DNA of 64,000 bases from Acidobacteriota bacterium (GTDB lineage: Bacteria; Acidobacteriota; Blastocatellia; Pyrinomonadales; Pyrinomonadaceae). The stretch lies in NCBI GenBank assembly GCA_046727215.1, contig JBKPCC010000040.1, positions 21,637 to 85,636 of the forward strand, written 5' to 3'. The notes under the pieces are model-generated. The model had not been told where the DNA came from, did no database searches, and saw only the letters and a list, made by a program, of their open reading frames with translations. The translations under genes and the position numbers were made by a program. Positions 58,214-64,000 of this stretch are shown piece by piece. How positions within the stretch are numbered: position 1 is the stretch's first letter; every line of letters begins with the position of its first letter.

Positions 58214-58271
58214 CAGACCCGAATGCCATCAACCAAATCCCCCTTTTTTATCGCGCTCGAGGTATGACCAA

Positions 58272-59213
58272 GTGACGATCTGTCCTTGCTGCGGCGTTAA
58301 ATCTGTCGGCTACTTTAACGACGGTTGTAACGCGTGTGGTGCCCAGTCGGTTGGTGAACCGCTGCCAAGACCTGAACACGAGCTTCCATCCTACGGTCGT
58401 GCTTTGGTGCTGGTTGCGATGGGCACATCGATGGTGGGGATGTTCGTCGGGCAGTTGGTATTGGGATTTCTCAAACACCTTCCCGGCTCGTTTAGCTTTT
58501 CTTCTTTTTTTTGGTCCCTCGCCAACGCGGGTCAGACCGCAGCTTGGCGTATTAAATGGGGCATGATCCCCGCAACCATGCTCGTCCTTGTCGCCGGTCG
58601 TAAGCTTTACACGTCAATTCTGAGCGATGCAGATCGTTTCTGTGGCGAACGATATGCACGGCAGGGTTTAAGAGCAGCTGTTGCGGTATGTATCCTAACA
58701 GGGTTTTTTCTTGTTGTGAGCGTGCCGAGTCGTTTGGAAAACCGGCGCCTGTCAATCGAGGCGGGATATTACGCTCACGTTCATAGACTGGACCGCGCGT
58801 TTCTTGAATACGGGATTCGCTATCATACCTTGCCGTCCGAGCCTCAAGATTTGTTGAAGGGCTTACCAGATCCCGATGGTTCGTTGGCGGCGGCTTTAAG
58901 TGAAAGAGAAATTGGTCCGCTTGGCCCAGGCGCTTACAAGCCAAGCGGCTCAGATCTGGCAGCGCTGCCCCAGCGCAAGCCTCGACCTTTACAAGGTTTG
59001 GTAATTCGAAACGCCTCAGTCGATGCACCGAGCGATGACACGCTTCCGGCCGGCTGGTCATTGACCAACTACGAGTTACGTCTGGCAGGACCTGACAAGA
59101 TAGTGGGCACGGAAGATGATCTCATTGTTCGCGATGGGGTGATCACCAAAGCCTCAGAGGCGGGTCCCGGCGTAATAGGTTCAACCGCCTCCAGCAACGC
59201 GCTCAAGCGATAA
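58272..59213 (+). CDS. Hypothetical membrane protein with N-terminal zinc-ribbon (CPCC...CNAC)
   Basis: Long ORF 58125..59213. The region before 58213 overlaps the previous CDS, so I propose the in-frame GTG at 58272 just before ICPCCG. It has about four TM helices and an unrecognised soluble C-terminal domain. The start is uncertain. Confidence 0.5.
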   Translation: MTICPCCGVKSVGYFNDGCNACGAQSVGEPLPRPEHELPSYGRALVLVAMGTSMVGMFVGQLVLGFLKHLPGSFSFSSFFWSLANAGQTAAWRIKWGMIPATMLVLVAGRKLYTSILSDADRFCGERYARQGLRAAVAVCILTGFFLVVSVPSRLENRRLSIEAGYYAHVHRLDRAFLEYGIRYHTLPSEPQDLLKGLPDPDGSLAAALSEREIGPLGPGAYKPSGSDLAALPQRKPRPLQGLVIRNASVDAPSDDTLPAGWSLTNYELRLAGPDKIVGTEDDLIVRDGVITKASEAGPGVIGSTASSNALKR

Positions 59214-59226
59214 CTCTGCAAGTATC

Positions 59227-59514
59227 ATGTCGTTCTTCGATCGCTTCCGAAAAAAGAAGGAAGACGAAGCCTCACGCATTGCGCGTCTGCTTAGAACCGG
59301 TCGAATCGGGGAAGGGACAATCCTTGATAACACTCTCGACGATGAGGGTCGTGTCACTCACGTCTTCTACACGTACAATATCGCAGGCGTTGAGTACGAA
59401 TCGTCGCAGCCACTGGATCCACAGCAACAACAGTTGGGGAAGAACTATTCTCCGGGCGCTAAGGTGGTCATTCGTTACGATCCTCGTCAACCGGGAAATT
59501 CGGCCGTAGTTTGA
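59227..59514 (+). CDS. Hypothetical small protein
   Basis: 95 aa ORF with no recognised motif. Same strand and tightly spaced with its neighbours. Confidence 0.45.
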   Translation: MSFFDRFRKKKEDEASRIARLLRTGRIGEGTILDNTLDDEGRVTHVFYTYNIAGVEYESSQPLDPQQQQLGKNYSPGAKVVIRYDPRQPGNSAVV

Positions 59515-59535
59515 TTTTTGTGATTCCGACATTGA

Positions 59536-61071
59536 ATGTTCCGCAAAATCCTAATAGCTAATCGCGGCGAGATTGCTGTCCGAATAATCCGAGCTTGCCG
59601 TGATCTCGATATTTCGCCGGTCGCAGTCCATTCAGAAGCTGATGCAAGTGCGGTCCATGTCTCGCTGGCTGACGAGGCCGTATTGCTCGGTCCCCCTCCC
59701 TCCTCAGAAAGTTATCTTTCCATCCCAAAGCTGATCGCTGCTGCAACCAGGGTTGGCGCTGAAGCCATTCACCCAGGATACGGTTTTCTCGCCGAAAATG
59801 CCGATTTTGCTCGTGCCGTGACTGAAGCCGGTTTGACGTTCATTGGTCCATCCGCAGAAGCGATGGAAGTCATGGGATCAAAGACTTCAGCCCGGCGCGC
59901 CGCAATTGACGCAGGGGTGCCGATTGTTCCCGGCACCGTCGATCCATTGACGTCTTTTGCAAAGACAAAGGAAGCAGCTGAGGAGTTTGGTTATCCGGTG
60001 ATGCTAAAGGCCGCAGCTGGAGGCGGCGGCAAAGGAATGAGGCTGGTGCACTCCTCCGAGCATTTGCTTGCCGCATACGAAACTGCCCAATCCGAAGCGG
60101 CAGCGGCTTTTGGTGATTCGGCCGTTTACCTGGAAAAAGCGATCGACCGACCGAGACATATCGAGATTCAAGTGTTCGCAGACACGCACGGCAATGTCGT
60201 GCACCTGGGCGAGCGCGAGTGCTCCGTGCAACGAAGGCATCAAAAGGTCGTCGAGGAATGTCCTTCACCAATAAACGATCCTGAACTGCGGGAGCGAATG
60301 GGCGCCGCCGCAGTCAAACTTGCGCGCGCAGTAAACTACACCGGCGCCGGAACAGTGGAGTTTCTGGTTTCAGGGGCAAGTCATGAATTCCATTTTCTCG
60401 AGATGAACACGCGCTTACAGGTTGAGCATCCAGTGACGGAGCTCGTCACGGGTTTTGATCTGGTGCGAGAACAAATAACAGTTGCATCCGGTGCGATGCT
60501 TTCATTCACGCAGGAAAATGTAGCCTGGCGCGGTCACGCAATCGAATGTCGTATTTATGCGGAAGATCCTGAAAACAACTTTGTCCCATCACCGGGAAGG
60601 ATCAGTTACCTTCGCGTGCCATCTGGACCAGGTGTGCGGGACGACAGTGGAGTGGAACCGGGATCGGAAGTGTCTATCTATTACGATCCATTGATTTCCA
60701 AGCTTACCGTTTGGGGTCGCGACAGAGCCGCGGCAATTGATCGTTTACGAACCGCGCTCGACGAATATGCGATTGATGGCATCAAGACGACGCTGCCCTT
60801 TTTCCGAAACATCGTGCGGGACGAAGAATTCGTCAGCGGCGACCTTGATACGGGCTTCATCTCGCGCTTTAACGAACGACGTGAAAGTGTGCATCTATAC
60901 GATGCAGAAACTGAGGCGGACATAATAAACCGTGATGTGGCGCTTATCGCGGCGGCAGTGCATTACCTTCAGAATCAGCGGAAAACATCACAAGGACTCG
61001 TAGACGTTCCTGGACAGACTCGTTGGAAGATGGCTGGACGTCGCCAACTCGTTCGAGCGAGAAACCGATGA
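59536..61071 (+). CDS. accC: Biotin carboxylase subunit of an acyl-CoA carboxylase
   Basis: KILIANRGEIA.RI.RA, ATP-grasp GGGGKGMR and EMNTR.QVEHPVTE. The C-terminal extension of about 60 aa is absent from canonical AccC. Confidence 0.92.
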   Translation: MFRKILIANRGEIAVRIIRACRDLDISPVAVHSEADASAVHVSLADEAVLLGPPPSSESYLSIPKLIAAATRVGAEAIHPGYGFLAENADFARAVTEAGLTFIGPSAEAMEVMGSKTSARRAAIDAGVPIVPGTVDPLTSFAKTKEAAEEFGYPVMLKAAAGGGGKGMRLVHSSEHLLAAYETAQSEAAAAFGDSAVYLEKAIDRPRHIEIQVFADTHGNVVHLGERECSVQRRHQKVVEECPSPINDPELRERMGAAAVKLARAVNYTGAGTVEFLVSGASHEFHFLEMNTRLQVEHPVTELVTGFDLVREQITVASGAMLSFTQENVAWRGHAIECRIYAEDPENNFVPSPGRISYLRVPSGPGVRDDSGVEPGSEVSIYYDPLISKLTVWGRDRAAAIDRLRTALDEYAIDGIKTTLPFFRNIVRDEEFVSGDLDTGFISRFNERRESVHLYDAETEADIINRDVALIAAAVHYLQNQRKTSQGLVDVPGQTRWKMAGRRQLVRARNR

Positions 61072-61565
61072 AACTAAAAGCCCGACTCGGCGACAATGAA
61101 TATTCGCTCTCGACAACAATTGATGGGCAAAATGTCACCGCTGCCGTTGACGACAGAGTTCATCAACTTGACGTCCGAAAGCGTGGCGGAAACCGGTACT
61201 TTCTGATGGAAGGCTCGAGAGTGTTTGATTGCCGAGTCGAGTCGAACCGTGAGAACTTCATCGTTCATCTGCAGCAAAGTGAATACTCGATTGAGATCAT
61301 CGATCCCAAACGCCTGCGTAATACTCAATCGGGAAGCGGACACGACGACGGTTTAGTTGAGATCATCGCGCCGATGCCAGGTAAAGTCGTACGTGTGCTA
61401 GTTGCTGAGGGAGCTGATGTGACTTCAGGAAATGGCATTCTTGTGGTTGAGGCGATGAAGATGCAAAACGAATTGAAAACTCCAAAGACAGGAAAGGTTA
61501 TCAGCATAAATGCAGAACCTGGTGCGACGGTCAATGCAGGCGAAGTTCTGGCGGTGATTGAATGA
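61068..61565 (+). CDS. Biotin carboxyl carrier protein (biotinyl domain with N-terminal beta-rich extension)
   Basis: The C-terminal ...APMPGKVV.VLV..G..V..G..L.V.EAMKMQNEL contains the biotinyl-lysine motif EAMKM. ATGA overlap with accC. Confidence 0.85.
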   Translation: MKLKARLGDNEYSLSTTIDGQNVTAAVDDRVHQLDVRKRGGNRYFLMEGSRVFDCRVESNRENFIVHLQQSEYSIEIIDPKRLRNTQSGSGHDDGLVEIIAPMPGKVVRVLVAEGADVTSGNGILVVEAMKMQNELKTPKTGKVISINAEPGATVNAGEVLAVIE

Positions 61566-62275
61566 ACGACATTCGTATCCTTTTGTGGGACATTGACGGA
61601 ACGTTAATCAGGTCGGCCCGAACAGACGCCTTCAAGGACTACACCATTCCCGTCCTTGAGCATGTGTTTGGCACCGCCGGAAGACTGGCGGAGATGCGCG
61701 TCTCGGGCATGACCGATCTGCAGATCGTGCTCGAAGCACTGCGTCATGAGGGCTTTACACCCGACCACATTCGCGAGCGAATTGATCTGCTTCGCACACG
61801 CTATGTCGAAGAAATGAAGCGAGTGACCTCAAACGGCCAACAATTCTTCCATCTTCTGCCCGGCGTGGTCGAAGTCCTTGAGGCGGTCCATGCGCATCCT
61901 CGCTATCAATCCGCACTGATGACGGGAAACATCGAACTGGCCGCACATCTGAAGATGGAATTGGTTGGACTATCGAAATACTTCACGCTGCCAGGATCCT
62001 TTGGAGACGAATCACACGATCGGCGGGATCTCCCTGCCCTTGCCGCGGATAGAATTGGCAGGCGACTGAAATTAGATCTGCGACCTTCTCAATTCATCGT
62101 AATCGGTGACACGCCCAATGACATCGATTGCGCTCACCACTTTGGCGCGCGCGCCCTCGCAGTCAACACCGGACGCTTCTACTCGCGAGACGATCTCCTG
62201 AAACATAATCCGGATACTTTCCTTGCTGATTTGTCGGACACCCAGGAAGTGCTTGCGACGTTGGGTAAGCTTTAA
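61562..62275 (+). CDS. HAD-superfamily hydrolase (phosphoglycolate phosphatase-like)
   Basis: Motif I LWDIDGTL, motif II-III context TGN, and motif IV IGDTPNDI. Confidence 0.8.
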   Translation: MNDIRILLWDIDGTLIRSARTDAFKDYTIPVLEHVFGTAGRLAEMRVSGMTDLQIVLEALRHEGFTPDHIRERIDLLRTRYVEEMKRVTSNGQQFFHLLPGVVEVLEAVHAHPRYQSALMTGNIELAAHLKMELVGLSKYFTLPGSFGDESHDRRDLPALAADRIGRRLKLDLRPSQFIVIGDTPNDIDCAHHFGARALAVNTGRFYSRDDLLKHNPDTFLADLSDTQEVLATLGKL

Positions 62276-63723
62276 GAAGGTAGCGAGTCGAGCAACTCCT
62301 GAAGGTTAATCACCGCAATGCTGGTTGCCAGGTCGCTCATCGCATAAGGGAGTATCAAATTCCCAGCGTGGATCATTCCACCACACGAGTAAACCACATT
62401 CGGGACATACCCAAATCTTTCCCTTCCAGTAGGAACGAGTAAAGGCTCGGTGGTCTGACTGATGACTCGCTGTGGATCATTGAGATCCAACAGGGTCGCG
62501 CCAATGCAGTATTGACGCATTGGACCGACACCGTGAGTTAACAGCAGCCAGCCAGCCTCAGTTTGAATAGGCGAGCCGCAATTGCCAATTTGTATCACCT
62601 CCCAAGGGAATCTTGGGACAGATAACAGCTGCGCTTCGTCCCAGAAACACAGATCGTCCGACTCCATGTAGTAGAGGTTCTCATTGTCAAGCCGCGCAAC
62701 CATTGCATACTTGCCCCGAATGGTTCGTGGAAATAGAGCCATGCCCTTGTTCTTTGCACACCGGCCCATGAGCATGTGGATCTCAACATTCTCGCCAACA
62801 GGATACTCAACCAAGTGAGGAAAGATTCGAAAACCATCATAGGCGGTGTAGGTGCCGTAGTAGTGAACCAACCCGTCGTCATCAGTAAACTTGACGAGTC
62901 GCAGATCCTCAATTCCGCGTCGTTCATTATCGGAATTCGGAAAGATCACGACCTCAGAAATGTCTGAGTCCGGCGGCAGTCGAATCTGGTAGTTTGCTTG
63001 AGTCAACGCAAGCAGCGCATCGTTAGATTCCTCCAGCTGACCAGTCAGCGTCGCCTGATTACGCATTTCGTCGATACCGTTGGAAAGCTCGGCGCGCGTA
63101 AATCGGCTCGGAAGCCGATTCAAGATGTCCTGTGCATGTTTGGTCCAGGCATTGATCGCTTGCAGTTGCCGAACAAAGACGCCCTTTTCGAACTGAGTTT
63201 CAGTGGTGGCGCGGAGCGGTCGGCTGTAGGAACCGGGTGTATCAACGGTGACGTTGCCTCGCGAATCGATCAGACCTCGCCGAAAAACAATCGATGAAAT
63301 ATGTCCTTCACCGGTCGCGCGGAGACTCATCAGGAAGCGCACCGACCCGGGCGGCACGTTAGACTGGTCAATGGCAGGAACCATCGACGGGTTGAACAAG
63401 GCGGCCGACTCAATCGCATACTCCATGGTGAAGCAGGCGCCGATAAACCGCTGCCGCACATCGCTCACGACAGCGTCGTTTGGAATATGGTTTTTTACTA
63501 ACGCATAGTGCTCGAGAAAAATGTCATCAATATCCGAATGGTTCGGACGGAAGTCCCGTTCGAGGTCGGCCTGTAGTGACGCAACGGTCGCCTCGGGAAT
63601 CGCGAGTAAACGCCGGATGATGTCGCGGAGGCGGTTTTCATCTCCCGGTCTAAAAAAGCGGGTGATGACGCGGCTCGAATCCCTTTCGAGTTGGATTGGC
63701 AGGCGCTTTACTTGAACTGCCAT
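62272..63723 (-). CDS. GH130-like (DUF377 beta-propeller) glycosidase/phosphorylase-related protein with N-terminal extension
   Basis: The C-terminal half (GIEDLRLVKF.DDDG...YYGTYTAYDG, NKG.ALFPR.I.GKY......D.E..Y, G.P.....GWLLLTHGVG....Y..GA.LLDL.DP, VPNVVY.CG) resembles GH130/DUF377 five-bladed propellers. This assignment is from memory. Confidence 0.55.
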   Translation of the reverse strand: MAVQVKRLPIQLERDSSRVITRFFRPGDENRLRDIIRRLLAIPEATVASLQADLERDFRPNHSDIDDIFLEHYALVKNHIPNDAVVSDVRQRFIGACFTMEYAIESAALFNPSMVPAIDQSNVPPGSVRFLMSLRATGEGHISSIVFRRGLIDSRGNVTVDTPGSYSRPLRATTETQFEKGVFVRQLQAINAWTKHAQDILNRLPSRFTRAELSNGIDEMRNQATLTGQLEESNDALLALTQANYQIRLPPDSDISEVVIFPNSDNERRGIEDLRLVKFTDDDGLVHYYGTYTAYDGFRIFPHLVEYPVGENVEIHMLMGRCAKNKGMALFPRTIRGKYAMVARLDNENLYYMESDDLCFWDEAQLLSVPRFPWEVIQIGNCGSPIQTEAGWLLLTHGVGPMRQYCIGATLLDLNDPQRVISQTTEPLLVPTGRERFGYVPNVVYSCGGMIHAGNLILPYAMSDLATSIAVINLQELLDSLPS

Positions 63724-63732
63724 ACTTATTCA

Positions 63733-64000
63733 CTACTTCCGGCGTTCAGGTCGGTGCGCACCTTGTATTGGCGCTGTGCTGTCACCCACTAGGAGGCCTT
63801 GAGGAACTTGCTGGAACCCATAATGATCGGAGCGAGCGTCTCGCTCAAATACCCAAACCATATCGAAGCGGTCGTCAGGCCACTCCTGCGGCGCTACCTT
63901 CTTGGTGCCTAGTATGTAATTTGCAATGTTCGGAATGTACTCTCGCTGCCAACTAATCAAAACAACCCCGACGAACAAGAACGCCTCCTCCAACATCGTC
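63733..64000 (-). CDS. Hypothetical protein (may extend beyond the window end)
   Basis: The ORF is open to the window edge on the minus strand. No motif recognised. Confidence 0.3.
   Translation of the reverse strand, partial: TMLEEAFLFVGVVLISWQREYIPNIANYILGTKKVAPQEWPDDRFDMVWVFERDARSDHYGFQQVPQGLLVGDSTAPIQGAHRPERRK

Overview
This 64 kb window is chromosomal and gene-dense, with about 60 CDSs. I found no rRNA, tRNA, CRISPR, transposase or prophage genes. All calls come from reading the supplied translations and the DNA by eye; no searches or RNA folding were run. Gene content suggests an Acidobacteriota-like organism (inference only): many MacB/FtsX permeases, FHA/Ser-Thr kinase signalling, and a sortilin/BNR propeller protein.

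Genes in order:
- livK-HMGF-livK branched-chain amino-acid ABC transporter
- cupredoxin-domain protein
- divergent argH | argR-argG-X-argC-csaA-like-argD-(small membrane protein)-argF'-argB cluster
- helix-hairpin-helix (HhH) protein matching the N-terminal part of DNA polymerase X (PolX)
- glycosylasparaginase-like hydrolase, PhzF, GNAT
- FHA / RDD / Ser-Thr kinase / PP2C module
- macA-macB with four tandem FtsX permeases
- Yip1 protein, orphan oppDF, polysaccharide deacetylase
- acyl-CoA mutase large subunit, rlmI-like methyltransferase, large BNR/VPS10 protein, S41 protease, GT2, pdxJ
- atpDC, GntR + SPFH
- two UGA-interrupted genes, then pfk, greA, CDP-alcohol phosphatidyltransferase, accC + BCCP, HAD, GH130-like

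Main hunt results:
1. Two adjacent genes that the ORF track splits at in-frame TGA codons look like selenoproteins. One is an AhpE-like peroxiredoxin with Sec at the peroxidatic position. The other is a GrdB/PrdB-family protein. Each has a SECIS-like hairpin 14-16 nt after the UGA.
2. The arginine operon has no argA/argJ or argE. It does contain two translationally coupled genes with no known arginine role, an uncharacterised P-loop protein and a CsaA-type tRNA-binding-domain protein, plus a separately spaced 3-TM miniprotein gene.
3. Many of the larger intergenic gaps carry one or more dispersed families of low-complexity word repeats arranged as long inverted repeats. These include a roughly 500 nt nested palindrome around a 14-16 nt tandem array, and one locus with two long interleaved stems that cannot form together.
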